Positions 36,103 to 45,965 are shown, numbered from the stretch's first letter. The stretch: DNA of 64,000 nt from a bacterium (GCA_024275575.1 JAJRYV010000056.1:35896-99895), one strand, 5' to 3'. Numbers and translations: made by a program. Notes: generated by a model from the sequence alone, not told the origin.

Positions 36103-39100
36103 ATGAATTTCAATTACATAAATGAACTCGAGCAACAGGAATATGATGCCTGCGCCATTATCGCCAGTGTTAAAAAAGATGGCCAGGCGACCCACGGCAG
36201 CGTGAAAAGAACGCTGGAAGCGCTGGACCAGATGGGCCATCGCACCGGGGTTATCGATCAGGAAGGCGACGGATCAGGTATTCAAACAGATATCCCCTAT
36301 CTCATGTGGGAACGATGGATCGGTGAGGCGGAACTCAATTCCGTTGTTGCATCAGACCCCTATTTCACAGTCGGCCACTTTTTAATTGAGAAGTGTGAAC
36401 AGAGGCAAGTCGAAGATTTAATCACCAAATTGCAGGAAATTATCTGTAATTTTGCATATGAGATCGTTCTTTCGCGCCGGCATAAAGTCCACAGCTATGA
36501 GCTCGGCCCGCGCGCTAAAATGACCGAACCATACTTTCTGCAAATCGCATCACTGCCATCGCGCCACCGCACCAGCAGCGATGCGCGGAGTTTCCGGGCG
36601 ATGATAGAAATCGAGAAAAAGCTACCGCAAGTCCATGTCGCTTCATTCAGCAAAAACTCAGTGATATACAAAGGGCTCGGCGACATCAGCACGATCTGGA
36701 GCTACTATCCGGAATTGCGGCACCCGGATTATACTTCGGCGATTTCCCTGGCACACGGCCGCTACAGCACCAACACTGCCTCCGTGCCCCGGCGCGCGCA
36801 AATGTTTTCGACCCTAGGCCACAACGGCGAAATCAACACCATCGCCCGGCTGCGGCGGGAAGCACGCCTGCTCGGATTTGATCTCATCGACGACGGCAGT
36901 GATTCGCAAAACCTCGATCGCATCGTCGAATCGTTGATGTTCTCATTTGGCTGTTCATTATCGGAAACGATCGAACTGCTATTTCCGCCGGTATGGTCTG
37001 AGATGCTGCAACTGCCTGCCGAAGTGCAAAAATTTTATCTCTATGGCCGCCGTGCTTTTGGAAAACTGGCACAGGGTCCGGCAGCGATTATCGCCCGCCA
37101 GGGAGATGAAATTGTTTTCAGCGCCGATGCTCTCGGCTTGCGGCCGTTGTGGTTCTGCGAAACGGAGAAAGAATACATTGCTTCTTCGGAAAAAGGTGTC
37201 GTCGATATCAGCCGTATGGAAAGGGACCCCAAACCGCTGGCGCCGGGCGAAAAAATGGCTATTCGAATCAAACGACCATACCGTGCCGACAAACGCCGTT
37301 TCCCTGCAAGCCGCGAAGCGGGCAGCCGTGTTTATTCGCATAAGCAATTGCAAAAACGAATTGTCGACCGCTTTAATAAAAGAAACGGCAACGCCCTGGC
37401 AAAATCAAACTTGCGCATAATGGTGAATATGAATATCGGTGAGCCGCCGCTAATCACGAGGCCGGAACCATTGCCGGAATCACATTTTTCAGCTTTTGGC
37501 TGGCGACGGGAAGATGTGCAAAATCTCGAGGCCCAGTCCGACAGCAGCAAAGAAGCCATCGGCGCCACGGGTTATGATGGCCAGTTAACCATTCTCGCGC
37601 CCGGTTTGCACAATCTCGTCGATTATTTTAAAGAACGCGTTGCCGTGGTGACCAATCCGGCTATCGATCAGGTGCGCGAGGGGGCACATTTCTCGACACA
37701 TACATTTCTCGGCGGCAAACCGCCATTTTATCTGCCGGCAAAAAAAAATGTTGAAAACCTCACATCTCTTGCAGCGCAAATACTGATCAGTTTACCGATT
37801 TTATTCGACAGCGCTGATGCGGCGATGGAAGATTTATTACAGCATGAAGCCAGAAAATTTGCCACACTGACACTCAACACGTTATACGATAATTCCGGAA
37901 TCAGCGCCAAAGCTGTGCCGCAATGCGGCAGCGAAGACTTGCAGCGGACGCCACAAGACGCGCGAGAAACCGGCAAGCCGGAAACCGTACTTTTACCTAC
38001 GACTTTTCCCTCAGGTACCGACCTGGCTACCTGCATGGAACAACTGAAAATTTCTGCTGAAAAAGTCGTACAAAACTACGAATCTTCAATCATCGTGCTC
38101 GATGATCGCAAAGCATTCTCGAACGGCCATGAATTTGTCCTTGACGGCCATTTTGCACTCGCTGTGATCAATAATCACCTGGAAGCACTCGTGAACGCTG
38201 AGGGGATCAGCCTGCGGCGAAAAACCAGCCTTGTCTTGTGCTCCGGCATGTTGTGCAATACACACGCGATCATGCTCGCTCTCGGCCTCGGCGCTGAAGC
38301 CGTGGCTCCCTATTTGATGTTCCATCGTGTTCTGGCAAATAAAGCCGGCACAGAGGCGAACGCAGCCATCGAAAATCTCGTTAGCGGCATGCAGTCCGGC
38401 ATTAAAAAAGTCATGTCGACCATGGGCATTCACGAAATTAGCGGTTACGGAAAACTCTTCGCCTCGATCGGCTTTAGCCCGGAGCTCGCTGATCTGTTCC
38501 GCTGCAAAAACGACCTCGCAAGTTCGAAAGCCGGAAAAACACTAGCAGCGGTAGCCGGGGATATGCGTTTGCGTTTTGAAATTGCACAAAGTGAGCGCAC
38601 ACGCACCCCGGCTGACAGCCATCTTTATCCGAAAATCTGGAAAGCCATCGGCGATACGGCACTCGGTAAGATTTCCTATGATGATTTCCTGCAAAAATTA
38701 AAATTTACTGAAGAGAAAACTCCGGCTTCTCTGCGCCATACCTGGGATTTAAAAAAGGCTAAACAGCCCCTGGCGCACGATGATGTTCAGCTCGATATCT
38801 GCGGCCTGGCAGCGCCTGTTTATATCTCTGCGATGAGCTATGGCAGCCAGGGCGAGACTTCTTTCCGGGCCTATGCCGAGGCCGCACGCCAGCTCAATAT
38901 CCTGGCGATGAATGGCGAAGGCGGAGAAATTCCAGATATGCTGGGGAAATATTATGATAATCGTGGACAGCAAGTAGCCAGCGGCCGTTTCGGTGTTAAT
39001 GCGCGCATGCTCAATTCGGCAAAATATCTTGAAATAAAAATTGGTCAGGGTGCCAAACCCGGTGAAGGTGGACAGCTTCCCGGATTTAAAGTCACCAAAA

Positions 39101-40764
39101 AAATTGCCGCCGCGCGCAACACTGAAGCCGGCGTCGAGTTGATTTCACCGAGCAATAACCATGATATTTATTCCATCGAAGACCTGGCACAAATCATCGA
39201 AGAACTGAAAACCATCAACCCGGACGCTAAAGTTGCGGTGAAAATTCCGGCGATTCCCAACATCGCACCCATCGCTACCGGCATCGCTAAGGGCGGCGCT
39301 GATATTATCGCCATTTCAGGTTACGATGGCGGTACCGGCGCCGCGCGAAAACATGCGTTGAAATACGTCGGTTATCCTGCTGAAATTGCCGTTCGCCAGG
39401 CACATCTTGCACTCGTCGCCTCCGGCCTGCGCGAGCGGGTGGAAATCTGGTCGGACGCCGGCATGAAATCGAGCGAGGATGTGATTAAAATGATGGCCCT
39501 CGGCGCTAACCGGGTGGGGTTTGCCACTGCCGCCATGGTTGCTATCGGCTGCACTATTTGCCGCGATTGTAATCTCGGAACATGCCACGTCGGCATCACT
39601 TCCCATTTTTCCAGCCAGGCTGCGGCGCAGGAATATGGTTTGAACAAGTTTACCCCACGCGAATATGGAGAAGCGGTCAGGCGTCTTTGTACATTTTTTC
39701 AAGCGATGTTCGACGATCTGCAAGACCGCAGCGCACAACTGGGATTAGACAATTTACAGGATATCGTCGGACGGACGGAATTTCTGCAGCAAACACGGGA
39801 AACGCAGCGCGTCGATTGCAGCTCGCTGCTACGGCAAACACGCGCGCAGGAGGGCGCTCCTGCCATTTTCAATGAAGCGATACGCCTGCGCCGTCGCATG
39901 ACCACCGTAACGCGCAGTATTTCGCAACTCGTTTTGCAACAGGTAAAAAATGACTCGCATCGCATTATTTATGAAGACGATAAAATCGCCAATGTCGACC
40001 GTGCGATCGGCACCCATTTGGCCGGCGCCCTTGAACGTTTTAAATTTGAAAAAAACGGCCATGTCGGGATATTTGATATCACCCTGAAAGCAAAAGGTGA
40101 TCGCGTGCCGGGAAACGGTCTTGGTGCTTTTTCCAGCGACAGCATCAAGCTCATGATATATGGCGGTGCGCAGGATGGTACGTTGAAATGCGGCAATGGC
40201 GGCACAGCCTACATTCTCAAAGGCAGCAACCACGATGGCCTGCGCGTCGACGGGTCGGTCGGCAAATGCTTCGCTTACGGTGCACAAAAAGGCCTGTATA
40301 TCGTGCAGGGCAATGCCGATTCCCGCGCGGGAATCCGGCTTTCAGGAGCCGATATCGTCATCGGCGGCATGCCTGAGAAGCCATTGAAAGATGATGATGG
40401 GCACCTTGCCGGCAGGGCCAATATCAAAGGTTTTGCTTTCGAATATATGACCGGTGGCAGGGCGCTGGTGCTCGGTGATCCGGGCCCATGGATGTGCGCC
40501 GGTATGAGCGGTGGTGTGGTCTATTTTCGTCTTGATAAAAAAATGAAACTGACACGTGAAGCACTGCAACGCCGGCTCGCCCGTGCAAGCCTAGCCAAAA
40601 TTCAGAAACTACAGCGAAATGATTTGGCCAACGTTAGCGAATTGCTAACAGCCTACGAAACCGCACTGCGTGAAACGCATCAAAATGAAGCAGCAGACCG
40701 AATAAAAATGATGCAAAGAAATATATCGACAACTTTTATCAAAGCGGCTATCTCCGCTGATTGA
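36103..40764 (+). CDS. gltB: Glutamate synthase large subunit (amidotransferase + FMN/3Fe-4S + GXGXG domains)
   Basis: 1553 aa. Ntn-amidotransferase Cys after a short propeptide (YDACAIIASV). LAHGRYSTNT, central domain, FMN domain (GEGGE, KPGEGGQLPG, ISGYDGGTGAA), C-terminal beta-helix (GNGLGAF...GGMSGGVVY). Confidence 0.9.
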   Translation: MNFNYINELEQQEYDACAIIASVKKDGQATHGSVKRTLEALDQMGHRTGVIDQEGDGSGIQTDIPYLMWERWIGEAELNSVVASDPYFTVGHFLIEKCEQRQVEDLITKLQEIICNFAYEIVLSRRHKVHSYELGPRAKMTEPYFLQIASLPSRHRTSSDARSFRAMIEIEKKLPQVHVASFSKNSVIYKGLGDISTIWSYYPELRHPDYTSAISLAHGRYSTNTASVPRRAQMFSTLGHNGEINTIARLRREARLLGFDLIDDGSDSQNLDRIVESLMFSFGCSLSETIELLFPPVWSEMLQLPAEVQKFYLYGRRAFGKLAQGPAAIIARQGDEIVFSADALGLRPLWFCETEKEYIASSEKGVVDISRMERDPKPLAPGEKMAIRIKRPYRADKRRFPASREAGSRVYSHKQLQKRIVDRFNKRNGNALAKSNLRIMVNMNIGEPPLITRPEPLPESHFSAFGWRREDVQNLEAQSDSSKEAIGATGYDGQLTILAPGLHNLVDYFKERVAVVTNPAIDQVREGAHFSTHTFLGGKPPFYLPAKKNVENLTSLAAQILISLPILFDSADAAMEDLLQHEARKFATLTLNTLYDNSGISAKAVPQCGSEDLQRTPQDARETGKPETVLLPTTFPSGTDLATCMEQLKISAEKVVQNYESSIIVLDDRKAFSNGHEFVLDGHFALAVINNHLEALVNAEGISLRRKTSLVLCSGMLCNTHAIMLALGLGAEAVAPYLMFHRVLANKAGTEANAAIENLVSGMQSGIKKVMSTMGIHEISGYGKLFASIGFSPELADLFRCKNDLASSKAGKTLAAVAGDMRLRFEIAQSERTRTPADSHLYPKIWKAIGDTALGKISYDDFLQKLKFTEEKTPASLRHTWDLKKAKQPLAHDDVQLDICGLAAPVYISAMSYGSQGETSFRAYAEAARQLNILAMNGEGGEIPDMLGKYYDNRGQQVASGRFGVNARMLNSAKYLEIKIGQGAKPGEGGQLPGFKVTKKIAAARNTEAGVELISPSNNHDIYSIEDLAQIIEELKTINPDAKVAVKIPAIPNIAPIATGIAKGGADIIAISGYDGGTGAARKHALKYVGYPAEIAVRQAHLALVASGLRERVEIWSDAGMKSSEDVIKMMALGANRVGFATAAMVAIGCTICRDCNLGTCHVGITSHFSSQAAAQEYGLNKFTPREYGEAVRRLCTFFQAMFDDLQDRSAQLGLDNLQDIVGRTEFLQQTRETQRVDCSSLLRQTRAQEGAPAIFNEAIRLRRRMTTVTRSISQLVLQQVKNDSHRIIYEDDKIANVDRAIGTHLAGALERFKFEKNGHVGIFDITLKAKGDRVPGNGLGAFSSDSIKLMIYGGAQDGTLKCGNGGTAYILKGSNHDGLRVDGSVGKCFAYGAQKGLYIVQGNADSRAGIRLSGADIVIGGMPEKPLKDDDGHLAGRANIKGFAFEYMTGGRALVLGDPGPWMCAGMSGGVVYFRLDKKMKLTREALQRRLARASLAKIQKLQRNDLANVSELLTAYETALRETHQNEAADRIKMMQRNISTTFIKAAISAD

Positions 40765-40798
40765 AAACGAACTTTTCCACACCAACCAACCATAGCAT

Positions 40799-40847
40799 CC
40801 CCCGTGCGTTTCAGGAGATTAGCCACCTCCAGCACGGGGGTTTTTTT
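40799..40847 (+). terminator. Rho-independent terminator of gltB
   Basis: CCCCCGTGC ... GCACGGGGG (9-bp stem, 24-nt loop) followed by T7. Confidence 0.75.
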
Positions 40848-41132
40848 ATGTGAACAGGTGAGTTCAAACAGGCATCATCTTCGCCTTTCCCTTAAGTCCA
40901 TATGAAATCTTTCTCATCGGGAGATAACGATAGGAACACATTGTCATCCTTATACAAAATACTGTGCAGAATTTGCACTTGATGGGCATGAAATACACTT
41001 CCGAGATCAAATCAACATTCCATAACTCATTGATTTTAATAAATATCTACCTTTGGCATGACCTTTGACAAAAAAAGGAAAAACATACGTATGGACACGC
41101 TTCAACAACTAATCTAACAAGGAGTTAATTTA

Positions 41133-43148
41133 ATGAACACACCTCGAATGAACAACGTTGGGACATGGAGGTTATTCACAGTTGTAATCGCCCTTTTAAT
41201 GCTTTCCGGTATCGCCGTGGCTGATGATTCCGATTTCGAAACGCAGGGTGTGATCGAATCCATCGGGGCTGACAGTTTAGTCGTCAATGGATTTATTTTC
41301 GATGTTGATAATGACACAGAGATCAAAACCGACCACCGCGGTAACGCCGGTTTTGCTGATCTCAAAGTCGGCGATTTTGTCGAAGTCGAAGGTGTCGAAA
41401 AAGATTCTTCACGCTATTATGCGAAGAAAATTGAACGCAAGGGGAATCACCATTCATCGAAGCATGATCTGAAAATGAAAGGTATGATCAGCGAGCTTGG
41501 TGAAGATTATCTCACTGTCAACAATTACACATTTTTTGTTGACAGCACAACCCGTTATGAAGGCAAGCATCGAGCCTCTTTTTCATTTGCCGATTTGCAA
41601 GTCGGTATGCGTGTGGAAGTTAAAGGCGTGAAAATGGACAACGGTGATTTTCTTGCCGTAAAAATAGAAATGGAAGACCATTCCGAGCATGATAGTGACA
41701 ACGATTTCGAAGTCAAAGGGACCATCGATTCGGTTTTATCTGCTGCAGTCGTCATCAATAATACGCAATTTTCCATCGATGATCAGACCCGAATCGAGCT
41801 GGACCATCATGTGTTTGGTACGTTGAACGATTTGAGCGCGGGAATGTATGTAGAGGTGAAAGCCTCGCGTTTGAGCGATGGCAGTTATTACGCACGCAAA
41901 ATTGAAGTTGAGAACGAAAACGACACCCGCGTGAAAATTACCGGCGCTATCGATTCTGTCGGTACGGACTTCCTGATGGTTCTCAATTATACGGTACAAA
42001 TCGACAGCAACACCCAAATAATGGACTATAACAAAGCGGCCCTGACATTGGCTGATCTTGAAAACGGTCAGCGTGTCCAGATCAAGGGAAAACTGATTGC
42101 GGAGAATACAATTCTTGCCGACCGGATCAAAGTGAAACCTTTCCACCAGTCTGATATTGAACTCACCGGTCAGATCACTTTTCTCGAACCAGGCCGTATT
42201 CAGGTCGGACAATCCAGTTTTATGCTCGATAGCGCGACAGTTATTCTCGACAACAACAGAAACTCGATGACCGCCGATCAGTTGGCCGTCGGCATGCTTG
42301 TCGAAATAAAAGGTTTTATGCACAACGATGGCAATCTGCACGCCCTGCGCATCAAAGTTGAAAATCAGGCAAACGATGAAATCGAATTGACCGGTTCAAT
42401 CGAAGCGCTCACTGCCGGCTCACTGACTGTTAATGGCATTGAATTCCTGGTCGACAGCACGGTGATGGTATTCGATTTACAGCATAATCTGATCACTTTC
42501 GCCGACCTGGCGCCGACCGATCTCGTCGAAGTTAGAGCCCTCCTGCAGGCTGACGGCTCCTATCTCGCGGTACGCATCAAACTGGAAGATACCTCGAATC
42601 TGATCGTTGTTGCCGGTATCATCAGTGCAAAAAGCGCCAATGCAATGTGGATTGACGGGCCGCAATATCAGATAACCGCCCAGTCGGTACTGCTCGACAG
42701 TCAATACCAGCCGACCGATTTGACCCAATTCAACACCGGTGATCAGGTCATGCTCTGGGCTGTTGCAAGCAATGGCAGCGCTTCGGAATTGCTGCAAGTA
42801 AAATTGGATAAAACCGCATCGGTGACCACCGGTGCAGCCGAGCAGACGCTGGCACAGGTTCCACAAACACTGCAATTGCATGCGAACTATCCCAACCCGT
42901 TCAACCCGTCAACCACAATTTCTTTCACCCTGGCAAAAAGTGAATTTAACCGTGTTCGCCTGGAAGTTTATGACATCACCGGACGAAAAATCAAAACACT
43001 CTTCAACGGTGTGCTGAACGACGGCAGTTATTCATTCAAATGGAACGGCACCAACTTCGCCAATCAGGTTGTCTCCAGCGGTGTATATTTCTATCGCATC
43101 AGCACGGGTGCGAATGTTATCAGTAAGAAAATGACACTGATGCGCTAA
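41133..43148 (+). CDS. Secreted protein with seven tandem ~65-70-aa DUF5666-like repeats and a C-terminal T9SS-type (Por_Secre_tail) sorting domain
   Basis: AAGGAG RBS and a signal peptide. The repeat pattern G.I.s...d.l.V.g..f.vd..T.i......f.dL..G..VeV.g....dG...A..I... recurs 7 times. C-terminus: NYPNPFNPSTTISFTL...VYDITGRKI...SSGVYFYRI. Confidence 0.75.
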   Translation: MNTPRMNNVGTWRLFTVVIALLMLSGIAVADDSDFETQGVIESIGADSLVVNGFIFDVDNDTEIKTDHRGNAGFADLKVGDFVEVEGVEKDSSRYYAKKIERKGNHHSSKHDLKMKGMISELGEDYLTVNNYTFFVDSTTRYEGKHRASFSFADLQVGMRVEVKGVKMDNGDFLAVKIEMEDHSEHDSDNDFEVKGTIDSVLSAAVVINNTQFSIDDQTRIELDHHVFGTLNDLSAGMYVEVKASRLSDGSYYARKIEVENENDTRVKITGAIDSVGTDFLMVLNYTVQIDSNTQIMDYNKAALTLADLENGQRVQIKGKLIAENTILADRIKVKPFHQSDIELTGQITFLEPGRIQVGQSSFMLDSATVILDNNRNSMTADQLAVGMLVEIKGFMHNDGNLHALRIKVENQANDEIELTGSIEALTAGSLTVNGIEFLVDSTVMVFDLQHNLITFADLAPTDLVEVRALLQADGSYLAVRIKLEDTSNLIVVAGIISAKSANAMWIDGPQYQITAQSVLLDSQYQPTDLTQFNTGDQVMLWAVASNGSASELLQVKLDKTASVTTGAAEQTLAQVPQTLQLHANYPNPFNPSTTISFTLAKSEFNRVRLEVYDITGRKIKTLFNGVLNDGSYSFKWNGTNFANQVVSSGVYFYRISTGANVISKKMTLMR

Positions 43149-43188
43149 AATGCATCGGTTTTAAAAGGACCCCCCATATCCCAGCCAG

Positions 43189-43227
43189 CCCCGGTGTTAT
43201 TGTCTGTGATGACACCGGGGTCTTTTT
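43189..43227 (+). terminator. Rho-independent terminator
   Basis: CCCCGGTGT-(14 nt)-ACACCGGGG followed by TCTTTTT. Confidence 0.75.
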
Positions 43228-43304
43228 AATTTGAAGCATTTTTACAAGCAGGTCCGAAAGGATTTCGGAAAGCACACTCCAACCTGGAAACGGAGAACAC
43301 ATCT

Positions 43305-43490
43305 ATGATATTGAATAAAGTAAAAACGCTAACCCGGGTATTGATCATCTGCGCCTTTTGTAAAAAATTTCGTAATGAAGATGGGGAATGGAGCGATGCC
43401 GAAAATCTCGACCACCGGCATGCCAAATTAAAGATAAGCCACGGCGTTTGTACAAGTTGCCTGGAAAAGTATTATCCCGAATACATGTAA
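43305..43490 (+). CDS. 61-aa stand-alone zinc-ribbon-like miniprotein (CxxC...SHGxCxxC)
   Basis: MILNKVKTLTRVLIICAFCKKFRNEDGEWSDAENLDHRHAKLKISHGVCTSCLEKYYPEYM. A GGAG lies about 10 nt upstream. It sits between a terminator and a promoter, so it appears to be its own unit. Confidence 0.55.
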   Translation: MILNKVKTLTRVLIICAFCKKFRNEDGEWSDAENLDHRHAKLKISHGVCTSCLEKYYPEYM

Positions 43491-43576
43491 CCCACCGATT
43501 TTATCCAAACACTGCATCCGAATTGAAATTGTGACTAGCGCCTTAGCCTCGACTTCCAAAAGGTGTAAAAACATGC

Positions 43577-43605
43577 TTGACTCCTTGTTTTTGCCTGTGT
43601 ATTAT
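43577..43605 (+). promoter_or_regulatory. Sigma-70-type promoter TTGACT-N17-TATTAT
   Basis: -35 at 43577-43582 and -10 at 43600-43605 with an exact 17-nt spacer, upstream of the GGDEF-EAL gene. Confidence 0.55.
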
Positions 43606-43727
43606 AAACAAAAAAGTTCGACTATGACAAAAACAACATTGCAGTCCTTTTTTAAAAACTCCGAAAGTAAGAGGGAGCCATCGTATGTGCTGAACAGCTT
43701 TCACAGCAGGTTTCAAATCAGGTAGAA

Positions 43728-45965
43728 ATGCTGTTTTTAACACTACAAGAGCAGGCTCCATTTTCAAAACCCTTGAACAATTTACAGGCACAAACAGACC
43801 CACAGACAGACAAAATGCGGGCATCGATGCAGAGGTCGCTAAAAAAAGATGACAGACGCGCTGAAACTCCGGTCATTATTCTGGTAATCGGATTACTGAG
43901 ACAGGACGATTGCTATATTTCAGAGCTCATCGATTTTGTTCAGCATACTTCCGAAACTGAATTGATTTTTATCTACTGCAAAAATTTCAATGAAGTACGT
44001 CAGTTGTCCATTCTGGAAAACGTGAATGTCATTCTGCTGGATTTAACCGAGCAGGAAAAAAGCAGCCAATGCCTGATCAGCAGCGTCAATCAACTCATCC
44101 CCGACCAGCCGATTATCGCCTTTACGACCCTCGATGCAGATCTCATGCACTTGAACCTGCAACATGAAAGTGTGCAGGACTATCTGGCCATCGAACACCT
44201 CGACAGCAATTTCCTGAAACATTCCATTCACTATGCGATTCAAAAGCAGCACATACAAAACGGCCGTCGCGAAAGCGGCCTTTCCCTGGAACAGCGATGC
44301 CGGCAATTGAACCAAATTTTGAGCAGCAGCATCGATGGTGTGCTCATCATCGACATGAAAAACAAGATCCGGTTCATCAACCCTGCAGGCGAGTTTTTAT
44401 TGGGTGCAAAACGCAATCAACTATTGAACACTTTCTTTGCACACCCCTTGCATGACCGTACGAAATTTGAAATTAAACAGGCAAACAGCCGCGGGAAAGT
44501 AATGATTTTGGAAGCGCGCTCTGTTCGGACGAGCTGGGAAAATCAATTCGCTTTTCTGGTGACTTTACGCAATATTACTGATGAAAAAAAACAACATGTG
44601 CGCGACGAGAAACAGCGCCTTCGCGTTAAACATCTCGCCTATCATGATCTTCTCACGCGGCTGCCTAACCGGCAATTGCTCGACGACCGCCTGACACAAG
44701 CGTTAGTACAAGGCCGGCGGGAGAACAAACGTTTCGCCCTTCTTTTTCTCGATCTTGACGATTTCAAAGAGATCAACGATACCTGCGGGCATCATACCGG
44801 TGATGAAATTCTAAGGAAAGTTGCCCGCCGTTTGACTAATTGTGTGCGTGAGAGTGATACGGTGGGGCGCTACGGCGGGGATGAATTTGTCATCATCATG
44901 AACGATATTTCAGAATCTGCCGACGCTGCGAAAGTTTCGAGCAAAATTATTTCACAAATCAAACGTCCCTTTATTCTCGGGAATCGCCAGATTCATCTGA
45001 CAACGAGTATCGGTATCGCCATATTTCCAGTTGATGGTAACACGATTTCTCAGCTTTTGCATCACGCCGACGCGGCGATGTACCTGGCGAAAAAGAATCG
45101 TAAAGGCACCTATAACTTTTATAACAGAACTATTAAACTCAACAAACAGCTCACTGAGCGCAAAGAATTCAACTTGCGCGGGGCGTATAAGAAGCATGAG
45201 TTTATCATCTATTATCAGCCGCAAATTGAATGTGGCGGCAATTTGATTGCCGGCGTCGAGGCTTTGCTGCGCTGGCAGCATCCAAAGCGGGGTATTTTAA
45301 ATCCGGAAGATTTCCTGCCAAAAGTTAAAAACAGTAAATTCAGTGAGAAGCTCGGGCTGTGGATATTGAGTCAGGCCGTCGGTCAGTGCAAGTGTTGGCA
45401 ATCCCAATATGGCTTTGATTTAAGGGTGGCGCTGAGCCTTTCCGATTTTCAATGGCACCAGAAAAACCTGCCCCACAAAATGCAGGCCATCCTGGAAAAT
45501 CTCGACCTGTCACCGGGCGCTTTAAACCTGGAAATTGACGGCAGGCAGGCTGATTTTACTTCACATATATTTCGCCTGCGTTTGCATAATTTACATCGAA
45601 CAGGGGTCAATTTGACTTATGTCGGATTTGGTAAAGATAATTGTTCTATGCCCTATTTACTGGAATTGCCATTCGATATTTTCAAAATCGACACGGCAAC
45701 AACGGCATTTATCAGACAAAAAACGAGCATGCGCAAGGCCTTTGCAGCGCTTATCGATATGGTGCATTCCTTTGATAAAACCGTTATCGCCTCCGGGGTT
45801 GAGTCAGAAGATGATATCAGAATGCTGAGAGCTCTCGGTTGCGATTTGTTGCAGGGCCCGGGTTGTTGTGAGCCGTTACCGGTGGCGCGCATTTCTGATT
45901 TTATTCGCTCAACAAGAAAAAAGACGCATTTTTATACAAAAATACAAAAGGCAGGTTTCCAATGA
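43728..45965 (+). CDS. Atypical receiver - PAS - GGDEF - degenerate EAL protein (probable diguanylate cyclase)
   Basis: REC-like fold (VILLDLTEQ, IIAFTT). PAS (SSIDGVLIIDMKNKIRFINPAGEFLLG). GGDEF domain with an RESD I-site and RYGGDEF. The EAL domain keeps EALLRW but has degraded metal and substrate blocks. The start is uncertain (43728, or ATG 43815/43827). Confidence 0.8.
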   Translation: MLFLTLQEQAPFSKPLNNLQAQTDPQTDKMRASMQRSLKKDDRRAETPVIILVIGLLRQDDCYISELIDFVQHTSETELIFIYCKNFNEVRQLSILENVNVILLDLTEQEKSSQCLISSVNQLIPDQPIIAFTTLDADLMHLNLQHESVQDYLAIEHLDSNFLKHSIHYAIQKQHIQNGRRESGLSLEQRCRQLNQILSSSIDGVLIIDMKNKIRFINPAGEFLLGAKRNQLLNTFFAHPLHDRTKFEIKQANSRGKVMILEARSVRTSWENQFAFLVTLRNITDEKKQHVRDEKQRLRVKHLAYHDLLTRLPNRQLLDDRLTQALVQGRRENKRFALLFLDLDDFKEINDTCGHHTGDEILRKVARRLTNCVRESDTVGRYGGDEFVIIMNDISESADAAKVSSKIISQIKRPFILGNRQIHLTTSIGIAIFPVDGNTISQLLHHADAAMYLAKKNRKGTYNFYNRTIKLNKQLTERKEFNLRGAYKKHEFIIYYQPQIECGGNLIAGVEALLRWQHPKRGILNPEDFLPKVKNSKFSEKLGLWILSQAVGQCKCWQSQYGFDLRVALSLSDFQWHQKNLPHKMQAILENLDLSPGALNLEIDGRQADFTSHIFRLRLHNLHRTGVNLTYVGFGKDNCSMPYLLELPFDIFKIDTATTAFIRQKTSMRKAFAALIDMVHSFDKTVIASGVESEDDIRMLRALGCDLLQGPGCCEPLPVARISDFIRSTRKKTHFYTKIQKAGFQ

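Noticed and set aside
41054-41068. TGGCATGACCTTTGA as a sigma-54 (-24/-12) promoter upstream of the DUF5666-repeat gene
   Set aside because: The -24 GG is present, but the -12 element reads TTGA instead of the near-invariant TTGC. No enhancer-binding protein gene is nearby. An overlapping TTGACA -35-like hexamer (41065-41070) lacks a good -10 box.
41736-42341. 201-aa antisense ORF inside the DUF5666-repeat gene
   Set aside because: It is a shadow of a well-supported sense gene (signal peptide, RBS, repeats, CTD) and has no motif of its own.
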